From positions 1,694 to 65,693 of the IMG/VR virus record IMGVR_UViG_3300043449_001907: DNA of 64,000 nt; one strand, written 5' to 3'. The stretch is from a virus (lineage: Duplodnaviria; Caudoviricetes). Positions 10,512 to 19,450 of the stretch are shown here, piece by piece. Position 1 is the stretch's first letter; each line of letters begins with the position of its first letter. The position numbers and the translations under genes are program-made. The notes under the pieces were generated by a model. It made no database searches and was not told the origin of the DNA. It saw only the letters and a program-made list of their open reading frames with translations.

Positions 10512-12385
10512 TCATTAGAAGCAACTCAATAATTTTAGCCTCTGATTTAAGCCCTGCATTTTTTCCACAAAATGATTTTGCTCAATATAAGAAGGGCTTT
10601 TTTCCGCTTGCTATTGTTAACAACTTAAGCTTCGATGTTCAAAACGCAAGATCAAGATCAAAGCAAGTAGGTAGTCAGTTTTTTGCCCAAGAAGCTCTTC
10701 AATATTCTCCAGTTGTTAATTTAAGTTTTGACTATGTTAGCTCGCTGTCTTTTGAGAATGAGAATTTATTGAATTTCTTTTTTCGCGCTAATGAGTTTTT
10801 TGAATCAAATTTTAAAAACACAAACTCCTATGCGGCTAACTTGTACTTTTTAGTTAGCGATCTTGAACATTATGATTTCATTAATAGAATTGTTTCTAAA
10901 GGAAATTTAAATGGAGTTGATGCTATTTGTTTCGGCAATTGTTATTTAAATTCTTATTCTCTTTCTCTTCCAAGTGCGGGACTTCCTGTTTCCAAAGTGC
11001 AAATGCAAGCAGTAAACATGGAAATGAAAAGAATCAGCGGTAACACTCTTGTTGTTCCCGCTGTGAATCTAGCGGTTGGCAATCAAGAAAGCGGATGCCC
11101 TTTACTTCTTGAGACAGGATCATTTATTCAAAATTTACAAAGACTAAATACTGCTACTGGTAATCACCCGATTCTTCCAACAAAGAACTCTACATATTTT
11201 CAAATCTCAACAGAGAATCTACAAGTTCCATCAACAGCTTTTGCTCCATTTAGTAATTGTGCTATTGATTCATTGGAGCTTTCTTTTGGAATTGATCGTG
11301 AAAACTCTTATGGTTTCGGCAGCGATTTCATCTACGATAATAAAATTAAGTTTCCAATTTTAGGAAGCTTGAATGTTAATTTAGTTAATTTAAATTTCAA
11401 TACTGGTGAGGGAACTCTCACTGGAGTAATGAAAAATGAGAGCGGTTATAATTTAGAGATGACGTTTAGTGGAGTTAACTCTCCAGCAAAAACTCTAAAA
11501 ATTAATAATGCTAAATTGAATTCTCATTCTTATTCAATTGATTATTCAAACTATTTAACTTCGAATTTTGCTTTTGATTTTCAATGTAATGAAGCTACTG
11601 GAGTAAGTTCAAAATGGAGTTATGTTGAATCATTATCTGGAGCATTATTTAGTAATGAGACGCAGAGACTATTAGATGTTAATGGTAGTGGTTTATTTGC
11701 TTATACTGGTATGACTCCAACGCCTACTCCAACACCAACGCCTACTCCGCCGCCAACGCCACCATCACCAGAGCCTATTGCATATGTTTTTAATTATAGT
11801 CAAGATTCAGAAACTGAAGCTTGTTCATATTTTCCAACGTCTACTTATTATTCTATAGCTTTAAACTTAGTAACTGGATCGGTTTTATATGATGATGATG
11901 GATTATCTAATTTAGCAAATCCAGGTTATTACGCAAACCAAGGAATCGTTTACTATATTGAAGCTCCTAATGATGGAGTAATTGCATCTATTAATGATTG
12001 CCCTCCTGCTCCTCCGCCAACACCTTCACCAACACCTTCACCAACACCTTCACCAACACCTCCACCTCCTCCCCCTACGCCATTTATACCTCCAGTTGGT
12101 CAATTTGATATTCTTGAAGCTCTTGTGACTGAAGACGGTTTAGGTATCAGTATAGCTTTCTCTGTATCATATTATGCAGATTCTTACTCAATATATAGAT
12201 CAGAAGATGGGGGATCAACATACATTCTTTTACAAGATAATTTATCATTTGGCAATAATCCTTATTCAGACTATACAGTCCTTGGTGGCGGCGTTGGTAC
12301 TCCAAATTATTATACTTATTACATGTCTTCAGTTAATGGATTTAATTCAACCACAACACAAGCAGTCACAGTAGGAATCGAATAA
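10508..12385 (+). CDS. Tail-tube-like protein with Pro/Thr linkers and C-terminal accessory (FN3/Ig-like) domains
   Basis: N-terminal region resembles 7465..8268 (CYLNSYSLSLPSAGLP vs YLSRYSINCGVGELP); two PT linkers; terminal YSIYRSEDGG..YTYYMSSVN is FN3-like. Confidence 0.55.
   Translation: MIIRSNSIILASDLSPAFFPQNDFAQYKKGFFPLAIVNNLSFDVQNARSRSKQVGSQFFAQEALQYSPVVNLSFDYVSSLSFENENLLNFFFRANEFFESNFKNTNSYAANLYFLVSDLEHYDFINRIVSKGNLNGVDAICFGNCYLNSYSLSLPSAGLPVSKVQMQAVNMEMKRISGNTLVVPAVNLAVGNQESGCPLLLETGSFIQNLQRLNTATGNHPILPTKNSTYFQISTENLQVPSTAFAPFSNCAIDSLELSFGIDRENSYGFGSDFIYDNKIKFPILGSLNVNLVNLNFNTGEGTLTGVMKNESGYNLEMTFSGVNSPAKTLKINNAKLNSHSYSIDYSNYLTSNFAFDFQCNEATGVSSKWSYVESLSGALFSNETQRLLDVNGSGLFAYTGMTPTPTPTPTPTPPPTPPSPEPIAYVFNYSQDSETEACSYFPTSTYYSIALNLVTGSVLYDDDGLSNLANPGYYANQGIVYYIEAPNDGVIASINDCPPAPPPTPSPTPSPTPSPTPPPPPPTPFIPPVGQFDILEALVTEDGLGISIAFSVSYYADSYSIYRSEDGGSTYILLQDNLSFGNNPYSDYTVLGGGVGTPNYYTYYMSSVNGFNSTTTQAVTVGIE
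11714..11772 (+). repeat. Pro/Thr-rich linker repeat 1
   Basis: Encodes TPTPTPTPTPTPPPTPPSP. Confidence 0.9.
12001..12090 (+). repeat. Pro/Ser/Thr linker repeat 2 (ccaacaccttca x3)
   Basis: Encodes PPAPPPTPSPTPSPTPSPTPPPPPPTP; exact 12-nt tandem units are visible. Confidence 0.9.
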
Positions 12386-12606
12386 TGAAAGCAGAATTTA
12401 TTTACCCATATATACAAATAACCGCATACTCGGATGTTATGAAGTCCGAAGATGCGGTTAACTTTGATTTTCTTTACAGAGGAGGCTTATACAAGGATTA
12501 CAAAATCTGTATCCCCGCTATTAATGAATCTCCTAACTTTTATTACTACAGAGGAGACGGAGAAGAGATTTGTGTTCCTGTTCAACATCCTGAATCAAAA
12601 GGCTGA
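12385..12606 (+). CDS. Hypothetical protein
   Basis: TAATG coupling to the upstream gene; 73-aa ORF with no recognised motif. Confidence 0.55.
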   Translation: MKAEFIYPYIQITAYSDVMKSEDAVNFDFLYRGGLYKDYKICIPAINESPNFYYYRGDGEEICVPVQHPESKG

Positions 12607-12821
12607 AACACAACGTAGTCTGGCTGATTGTCTTTTTCTTTAAATTTGTTTTTAAAGATAACTACGTTTTGCGTTACTTTCTGACCATTGATTTCAATAG
12701 TAATCTTTCCTGATAAGAACTTACTCTTGCCGTTGTCCTTCAGCCATAAGCCCCCCAAGTTGTTTTGTGTCCACTTGTTCGTAGAAGAGTTTGAGTCCTG
12801 TGATGAAGTCTTGTTTTGCAT
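12582..12821 (-). CDS. Small protein, DUF736-like
   Basis: LGGLWLKDNGKSKFLSGKI..VVIFKNKFKEKDNQPDYVVF matches a widespread small phage family. Confidence 0.6.
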   Translation of the reverse strand: MQNKTSSQDSNSSTNKWTQNNLGGLWLKDNGKSKFLSGKITIEINGQKVTQNVVIFKNKFKEKDNQPDYVVFQPFDSGC

Positions 12822-12933
12822 GTGCGGGTAGTCTATTATAGCGCTTCTTTACTCTCCTGTAAACTCTTTTGTTTACGGAATTATTTTCTGGATGGATAAT
12901 GGCTCTAAGTTTTTTTGCGACTGTTTTTCTCAT
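12721..12933 (-). CDS. Small basic hypothetical protein
   Basis: ATGA-coupled to the GNAT gene; Arg/Lys-rich (KRVYRRVKKRYNRLP). Confidence 0.6.
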   Translation of the reverse strand: MRKTVAKKLRAIIHPENNSVNKRVYRRVKKRYNRLPAHAKQDFITGLKLFYEQVDTKQLGGLMAEGQRQE

Positions 12934-13388
12934 ATTTTTTTAATATAGGTTTCGGAATCTTTATTGAATCCTAATTTTTTGTAAATTTCTTTTAGTCTTT
13001 TTGACTTTGGATGATTTTCTACACAACTAATTGTAACGTATTCAGCACCCCTCTCTTTCGCAAAAGATAAAGCTTTTCTAAGCAAAGAAAATGACTTTTT
13101 AGAATTCTTACATATCCAAAAGAATTCCATAAACATCTTCTTTCCGAAGATGGTGCTATAGCTTTCTAAAAACATAATAACACCATTTGCTTTTTCATCT
13201 TCTATGCTTGCCCATGTATGCATTGTATTTTTTAACAAAGCTGCGTGCGCCCAGCTATCAATTACGCATTTTGCAGAAATGGGTTGAGCGCAATGCCCAA
13301 ATACTTTATTCTCTTCTTGAAAGAGAACGTCTAAATCTTCCCAAACCTTTTTAAATTCTTTTGGGTCTGTTATTCTTTTGATTGACAC
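12930..13388 (-). CDS. GNAT-fold acetyltransferase-like protein
   Basis: MEFFWI..FSLLRKALSFAKERGAEYVTISC..RLKEIYKKLGF matches GNAT motifs A/B; GTG start. Confidence 0.65.
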   Translation of the reverse strand: MSIKRITDPKEFKKVWEDLDVLFQEENKVFGHCAQPISAKCVIDSWAHAALLKNTMHTWASIEDEKANGVIMFLESYSTIFGKKMFMEFFWICKNSKKSFSLLRKALSFAKERGAEYVTISCVENHPKSKRLKEIYKKLGFNKDSETYIKKI

Positions 13389-14116
13389 GAAGAAACAAGA
13401 GTTAGAAGCTTGCGACAGTCTTTAACAGGAATATCGTCAAAACTTTTCCAATCTTTTGCGCTTTCGTTTTTATAAGACTCGTCTTTCCAGAACTTGCGAA
13501 GCAGTTTGAGGAAATCTTCAAAATTAGAATATCCAGCTTGGCGGCAAGCATTTTGTAAAGCACCATGAGGTGTTAGAGCCTGAACAATAGCCTCGCTTTC
13601 CTCATAAGCTACTTTGTTTTTTGACTTGTCAATTTCATCATCACCAACAATATGAATATTGAGATAATTACGAACAGCGCGAACAAAAGCTCGGTTCTCA
13701 GCGATAGCCTCTAGGAACTTGACTCCAAAACCAGAACAGTTATCAGAGGTAGCATTTGCTGTGCTAGCAAACACTTGCGCTACTCCACAAGTTTCATAGT
13801 TTGGCATCCAGCAGATTTCACAAATAGCTGTTGCATACTTATCGGTTAGAGTATTGAGAGTGTATTGAACCGAATTGAATCCTCTAAGTCTTGCGAGTTC
13901 TTTAATACCTCCAAGCTTAACAAGAAGCTGATGATCTGCTAATCCCTCAACAGTTTCTGGAACTGGCATTTTTCGAACTTCAAACCATTCCTTGTTTGGA
14001 TATAGGAATTCAGGCTTGATCATGGCTCGCCAGTTAATTGAGCCATCTTCGTTAAACTGGTATTGAACGCCTTCAATAAGGCCGAGTTCGTTTCTTTTAT
14101 AATTAGAAGGATTCAT
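13370..14116 (-). CDS. Rad52/Sak-like single-strand annealing protein (putative)
   Basis: LVKLGGIKELARLRGF and AIAENRAFVRAVRNYLNIHIVGDDEI resemble the Rad52-superfamily AETRA.xRAxR signature; start moved to the ATG at 14116. Confidence 0.5.
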   Translation of the reverse strand: MNPSNYKRNELGLIEGVQYQFNEDGSINWRAMIKPEFLYPNKEWFEVRKMPVPETVEGLADHQLLVKLGGIKELARLRGFNSVQYTLNTLTDKYATAICEICWMPNYETCGVAQVFASTANATSDNCSGFGVKFLEAIAENRAFVRAVRNYLNIHIVGDDEIDKSKNKVAYEESEAIVQALTPHGALQNACRQAGYSNFEDFLKLLRKFWKDESYKNESAKDWKSFDDIPVKDCRKLLTLVSSCQSKE

Positions 14117-15269
14117 AGATGAGATAATTTTCCAAGTCTTTCCAGAACTCTTTACTATCAATTACGCTTGAGGCTTTGTCAAGCATTTGTTGATCTGAGT
14201 CCAAGTGGGCTTTAGAAGCATAACGCTTTCCATTGGAAAAGATGTCTCTTTTTGTCAAGAATTTAAGATTTGGGATTTTCTTAAGTTCATCTACTACTTT
14301 TTCATTTGCCTCACTATCTTTTTCAATTAAGAAGTCGAAATAAAATTCTCTAATTTCGTTAAGTTTTTCAAAATTTTTACAAACTCCAAGCAGTTTAATT
14401 CCCAAATTTTTAACTGATTCAAGATAATCAACCGAAAAAACTTCACAATCGTTAATTTCGAACGTAATTTGTTCAATATTTTTTCTTGTGTTTTTTAGAA
14501 TATTTAAATCAACTGGTTTATCAGTGATGATATGAACATGATAATTAGAAGACCATTGCATCAAACATGGTTCATTAAAATGATAATCCATTCTGATATT
14601 TAATAATCTATCTTTCAATTCTTTAGATTCGCCAAAGAAATTTGGGATGATTTCTACAAATGATGTGGAATAAGACTCTCCAACATATTTTGTGCAAATT
14701 GATTTGCTATATGGAATATTCAATAACTCACATGCATTTTTAACAATGTCTTCTGGCTTGATTGTGTTAATGCTTTTGGGCTTCTCTTGATAGCTGTAAC
14801 TTGGCTTGTTGCCTTTTCTATCTGCTTCAAGAATTCTTACTTTCTCTTTCGTACTCCAGTATGGGTATGCGTGTTCAGGATAAATGTGAGAATAAAGAGC
14901 AATAATGGGAATATCATAGACGCTTGCTAAGTGAACTGGAAAGCTATCAATGCCAATATGTAATGAACTATTTTTAATGATGTAGGCGGTTTGTTTTCTA
15001 GTGAAGCCAAGGTATGACTTATCCACATTAGAAAGTGCTGGGTCTTCTGGCCCGCCAATTTGAAAAATTTTATATCCAAGTTTGCCAATAATACCTTTTA
15101 GTAGATCGAGAACTTCGGGGAAAAGTTCATAATACTTTGAGTCAATTTTGTTATCAACATGAATTGTGATGTATTTTTCATCAGTAATTGGCAAATAATG
15201 AGGTTCGAAAATTGGCTTGCCAATTTTAACTCCTAGACTCTTTGCATATTCTTCTACTAAATGTGACAT
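14103..15269 (-). CDS. Glycosyltransferase GT9-like, C-terminal (donor-binding) Rossmann domain plus an extra domain
   Basis: QIGGPED..TAYIIKNSSLHIGIDSFPVHLASVYDIPIIALYS is the GT9 heptosyltransferase-like motif; no N-terminal GT9 domain. Confidence 0.75.
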   Translation of the reverse strand: MSHLVEEYAKSLGVKIGKPIFEPHYLPITDEKYITIHVDNKIDSKYYELFPEVLDLLKGIIGKLGYKIFQIGGPEDPALSNVDKSYLGFTRKQTAYIIKNSSLHIGIDSFPVHLASVYDIPIIALYSHIYPEHAYPYWSTKEKVRILEADRKGNKPSYSYQEKPKSINTIKPEDIVKNACELLNIPYSKSICTKYVGESYSTSFVEIIPNFFGESKELKDRLLNIRMDYHFNEPCLMQWSSNYHVHIITDKPVDLNILKNTRKNIEQITFEINDCEVFSVDYLESVKNLGIKLLGVCKNFEKLNEIREFYFDFLIEKDSEANEKVVDELKKIPNLKFLTKRDIFSNGKRYASKAHLDSDQQMLDKASSVIDSKEFWKDLENYLIYESF

Positions 15270-15270
15270 A

Positions 15271-15663
15271 TTAATCTCCTTTTTCTACGCGAATAGAATC
15301 ACTATCTTCATGATGAGTTGAAAATTCCATGATTTCAGAATCTTCTAAAGCTAAAAGCCTGTGTCGAAGTCCAGTTGGAACATGAAAAACATCACCAACA
15401 GAAAGCTCCTGCATAATAGCTGCGCCAATATCGTCGCTGTAGCCATAATAAAGAACTACATTTCCTTTATTGATATAAAATGTTTCTGTTTTCTTTTCGT
15501 GATAATGCCAAGAGAGTTTCTTTCCCTTGTTCATAAATAAAAGTTTGCCGCAATAATCATCGCGGTTAACAATCCATTTTTCGTAGCCCCAGCCTTTAGG
15601 GACAAAATGAGAAGTTTTCCAGCCTTCTTTACTGAAGTTGGAGTTGAGTTCGATCTTTTCCAT
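15271..15663 (-). CDS. Cupin (sugar isomerase-like)
   Basis: PKGWGYE..LSWHYHEKKTETF..GLRHRL..EFST cupin metal motif. Confidence 0.8.
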   Translation of the reverse strand: MEKIELNSNFSKEGWKTSHFVPKGWGYEKWIVNRDDYCGKLLFMNKGKKLSWHYHEKKTETFYINKGNVVLYYGYSDDIGAAIMQELSVGDVFHVPTGLRHRLLALEDSEIMEFSTHHEDSDSIRVEKGD

Positions 15664-17518
15664 TATGATGATATGTAAAATGTTTTTGAGTTGTTACAAA
15701 AGGAAGGAATGCGATTTCAAAGTAACCTTGATGAGAACCTTGTCCTTCCAAGAATAAAAGATTATCAAAGATTGGAGAATATGGCAGAATCTTATGAACT
15801 GCTGGATGCTCGTTAACAATTTCAAAGAATTGTGGCAGAGTAACAAAATAAATATTATGCTCTGGATATAGTTCTTTCAAATTAGAAAGAAGAGAGTTAA
15901 CCATTAGAACATCACCAGCAGATTGCGGCATTACTACAGCGATTCTTCTGCCAGCATCGTCTTTATCTAAGACATCTTCAATATCAACTTCCTTTTGTCC
16001 TTTCTGAGAAGCAGTTTGACGAAAATGATTATAAATTCCTTCCCTATTTGAATCTGATTTGAGCCTAGCTACCCAATGCAAACAAACTTGACTATTCTTA
16101 TCAATTGTTTCGCCAAGCATATTTTTATACAAATCAATAATCCATTCAGCATCATCTGTAATTTGTGGATTTGGATAGTTTGGATTTTTAATTTTTTGAG
16201 GAATATTCCAATCCTCAACAAATGGAGCGTTATCAAAAAACTCTTCTAGCTGTTTACAAACGCTTTCGATAGAACAATTATCAATAACAAACTGTCTAGC
16301 AATCTCGCCCATCTTTTGTCTCTTATCGGGTTTCATATTGTAAACCTTTGAGAGTTGTTTCGAGATGCTTGAAGGAAGAGTTGAAGCTTTAATGAATTGA
16401 GTTCCTGGCTCTCTGTATTCAGCCCAAGATAAGGGCAGTCCACCGCTATCTTCTTGGCAGTAATCTTCGCCACATGAATAGTCAGTAACCAAAGTAATAA
16501 GCTTTGTCAATTTAGCTTCTTGAACAGGAATTTCTTGACCACCGCTGGTAAATGGGTGGCAATAAACATCCATAATATTGTAGATTTCGTTCAACTGACT
16601 TTCATTAACTCCATGAGCAATGTTAGTTGTTGAAACTGATCTAGCCGATCCACAATAACCACAGTTCAAATCTTGACCTGAGAATGGGCGGATTTCATAC
16701 TGTTTGCAGTTCTTGCAGAAGTAGGTTGTGTAAACATCTTCTGCCGCAATGTTTTTCTCGCGCATTAGGCGCGGAATATCCCATCCTTCAGACCAGTGAG
16801 TATGAAGTAATAGCTTTGGTTTTGCCTGCGGATTTTGACGCTTAAATTCAAGAAAACCATCAAGCATATTAGGAACGCTTTTTCTAAGCTGGTTTCTAAA
16901 GACAAAGCCAATAACAAAATTATTTTGAAGTCCAAATTTCTGTTTTAGCTTCTTTTTGTCAAGTTCAGAAAAAGCATAGAACTGATTTGTGTCAAGAGTG
17001 CCTCGGATTGTTTTGACATTATCATAACCAAGCTCATTCAAACCTCTTTCTGCGAAAGATGCCCAAACAAAATAGTTCTTAACTTTTGCAGCAGCATCAA
17101 CCGCATCTGGAAGAATTGGCGTAGAATCCAAAGTCGTCCAAATTGCAGAAGTGATGTGATTCCACCAAGGCTTGTCCCAAAAACCATTGAATGCCCAAAC
17201 GTCTTCAATACCAAGATAAACATCTGGCTTGAGTTCTTGAATAGCTCGATCAATAGAGAAAGCTCCATAGTTTGCCATTCGTTCTTTGTTGCCATCTCCC
17301 CTAATTGAAGCTAATACATTAGGAGACGGAAGTGAGCCGTAACTCTTCCAAGGTTGACGCTGGCAATCTGGCGAATCCCATGGCAAACCATTAGCGAATT
17401 CAATAACTTCATATTTGCCAGTTTTATTTAAATAGCGCAGGATATTTTTGCAATTCTTCCCGAAACCAGTAAAGAGTCGGGAAAAATTTGTATGAATTAG
17501 AATTCGCTTTTTTTTCAT
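15629..17518 (-). CDS. GT4-like glycosyltransferase with a Zn-ribbon insert, a DUF4214-like domain and a C-terminal GT9-like N-domain
   Basis: FRNQLRKSVP and DVYCHPFTSGGQEIPVQEAK (GT-B); CKNC..CGYC; DLYKNMLG..HWV..L; terminal SAGDVLMVNSLLSNLKELYP..EHPAVHKILPY. Confidence 0.8.
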   Translation of the reverse strand: MKKKRILIHTNFSRLFTGFGKNCKNILRYLNKTGKYEVIEFANGLPWDSPDCQRQPWKSYGSLPSPNVLASIRGDGNKERMANYGAFSIDRAIQELKPDVYLGIEDVWAFNGFWDKPWWNHITSAIWTTLDSTPILPDAVDAAAKVKNYFVWASFAERGLNELGYDNVKTIRGTLDTNQFYAFSELDKKKLKQKFGLQNNFVIGFVFRNQLRKSVPNMLDGFLEFKRQNPQAKPKLLLHTHWSEGWDIPRLMREKNIAAEDVYTTYFCKNCKQYEIRPFSGQDLNCGYCGSARSVSTTNIAHGVNESQLNEIYNIMDVYCHPFTSGGQEIPVQEAKLTKLITLVTDYSCGEDYCQEDSGGLPLSWAEYREPGTQFIKASTLPSSISKQLSKVYNMKPDKRQKMGEIARQFVIDNCSIESVCKQLEEFFDNAPFVEDWNIPQKIKNPNYPNPQITDDAEWIIDLYKNMLGETIDKNSQVCLHWVARLKSDSNREGIYNHFRQTASQKGQKEVDIEDVLDKDDAGRRIAVVMPQSAGDVLMVNSLLSNLKELYPEHNIYFVTLPQFFEIVNEHPAVHKILPYSPIFDNLLFLEGQGSHQGYFEIAFLPFVTTQKHFTYHHNGKDRTQLQLQ

Positions 17519-17519
17519 A

Positions 17520-17798
17520 TTATACTAGATCGTAAGTAGCTTCAAAAATATCTTTTTTGCATGGATAAATTTCTCCTTTAACGCCTATAATCAACATATC
17601 TTCGCGAGTCATTTTCATAATTCCTTCTAAAGTAGAAATTAAATATAAATCATCATTTTCGTGAGTGATTGAATGGTTATTAAATTTCCATGACCAAGGC
17701 ATTCCATTTTGGATATTTGCTCCATTTTGACGGCCATGTTCCACTAATTCGTCAAATGTAATGGCTTCAATAATTACTGGTTTTTTTCTATATTTCAT
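17520..17798 (-). CDS. Conserved phage hypothetical protein
   Basis: KYRKKPVIIEA..TLEG..GVKGEIYPCKKDIFEATY, a very common phage family. Confidence 0.75.
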   Translation of the reverse strand: MKYRKKPVIIEAITFDELVEHGRQNGANIQNGMPWSWKFNNHSITHENDDLYLISTLEGIMKMTREDMLIIGVKGEIYPCKKDIFEATYDLV

Positions 17799-17802
17799 AA
17801 TA

Positions 17803-18264
17803 TTAATCAGTCTGCGCGGAGTTTTTCAATTCAAACATTTTAACTAAACAAGTTTCAAGAAAAACTCGGAGAGCTTCTGCTTCTGCTAGTTCAACTCCCA
17901 TGCCAAACTTCTGATTACCATTACGAGAGATTGAGAAAGAAAAAGCGTCAGAGCCGTCCTTTTTCTTGTATCTTGTCCAAGAGATTTGAGTTTTGTTTTC
18001 CTCAAAAGAGTGGAAAGCTTTCCATTCTGCGTATGTGCGGATAGCATGGATAAGACCACCGATTTCAATTTCGTTTAGTTTGATAGCAATTGTTTTTTCA
18101 GGGTTTTCGCGATTACCAGAGAAGGAACCATTCTTGGTTTGCTCATTCCAAGAAAACTGCTGAATACCATTAACATAAACTGTAGGAGCGCCCTTAGTAG
18201 AAAGCTGAAAAGAGAAAGCGCAGCCAGTATTTTTACTGTTTGGTTTGTAGAATGCTAAATTCAT
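17803..18264 (-). CDS. Putative Whirly/PC4-like ssDNA-binding protein
   Basis: Beta-rich, IKLNEIEIGGLI resembles the Whirly SLSxxEIG segment; start moved to the ATG at 18264. Confidence 0.4.
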   Translation of the reverse strand: MNLAFYKPNSKNTGCAFSFQLSTKGAPTVYVNGIQQFSWNEQTKNGSFSGNRENPEKTIAIKLNEIEIGGLIHAIRTYAEWKAFHSFEENKTQISWTRYKKKDGSDAFSFSISRNGNQKFGMGVELAEAEALRVFLETCLVKMFELKNSAQTD

Positions 18265-18351
18265 ATAGGATAGTAATATTTTATAGTTAAAACTCAAAAT
18301 AATCTCTTTAACTATTTAATAAAATTACTGTATGTTGCATAAAGGTCTATA

Positions 18352-19446
18352 TTAAAATTTCCACAGTGATAGATTTTTTTCTTTTACATATTCTTCAATA
18401 TTTAATATAGGCTTTCCTAAATTAAATGGTTCTATTTCCATATTGATTGGGCTATAACTGCCACATACTATTTTTTTTCTCTTTGAATTATCTTTAACTA
18501 GATAATTTGTTGCTAGTAAAAATTCACATTTTATTTTTTTTAAAATATTTAAAATAATTTCATTCGGTAAATGAATAAATAAGTCTCGACAAATTACTAT
18601 TTGACTTTCTATTTTTTCAAATTCTTGTATATTTTTTTGTATTAAATTTAAGTTTGGATAATTATCCCAGGTTTTAAATCTAGTTATGTCAATACCTGTA
18701 TAATTTACATTTTGATTTAAAATACAATTCTTTGCAAAATTTAAATCACCACATCCTATTTCTAGAACATTATTTATATTAAATTTTTTAAAAATTTCTG
18801 GTATTTGTTGTATAACATTAGTCATATTTTTAACCATAGAGCCGCATCCACAAACGGTTTCTGTACCTCCGCTAGTCCAAAAAGACGGATATTTAATATC
18901 TAATTTTTGTTGATTTATAATTTTTTTAAATCTTCGGCTGGCTTGGTTTTGAGAAATTACATTATCATCAGATTTAAAAAAATCAACTTTACAATAAGAT
19001 GGTGGAAGAATGAAGTGATTAATTTTTTTATTTAAAATAAGTTTTTGTAAAATTTTTTGATCCCATTCTTTTGGATTATTTACGCATTCTTTAATCCACT
19101 CATCTAATAAATCAAATATTTGTTCAGATGGTTTTAAAAAAATAGTTCCAGATAAATATTCTCCACGATAAACACATATCCCCAAGTCCTCTTCAATTTC
19201 AGTAAACAAAGTTGGAGGTTTTTTGATTACTGCATCTGCATCTAACCATACAATAGGTTCTCTCAATTCTAAGAGTTTATTTTTAATAACTGTTGCTTTT
19301 TGTTGGCAGTTTTTTTCCCAAGTACCTAAATTATTAATGGGAACAATATGTTTAGTAGAAAATCCAAATTTAATTAAAGATTCTTTTAAATTTTCTATTT
19401 CTTTCTCGTATGGAGTATTTACAGTATAAGCACTTATAAAGTTCAT
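18352..19446 (-). CDS. GT-A glycosyltransferase (nucleotide-diphospho-sugar transferase / GT77-like) fused to a class I SAM methyltransferase
   Basis: IVWLDADA (DxD), SGTIFLKPS..LLDEW..WDQKILQ; C-terminal VLEIGCGDLNF..GIDI..CRDLFIHL. Confidence 0.75.
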   Translation of the reverse strand: MNFISAYTVNTPYEKEIENLKESLIKFGFSTKHIVPINNLGTWEKNCQQKATVIKNKLLELREPIVWLDADAVIKKPPTLFTEIEEDLGICVYRGEYLSGTIFLKPSEQIFDLLDEWIKECVNNPKEWDQKILQKLILNKKINHFILPPSYCKVDFFKSDDNVISQNQASRRFKKIINQQKLDIKYPSFWTSGGTETVCGCGSMVKNMTNVIQQIPEIFKKFNINNVLEIGCGDLNFAKNCILNQNVNYTGIDITRFKTWDNYPNLNLIQKNIQEFEKIESQIVICRDLFIHLPNEIILNILKKIKCEFLLATNYLVKDNSKRKKIVCGSYSPINMEIEPFNLGKPILNIEEYVKEKNLSLWKF

Positions 19447-19450
19447 ATCT

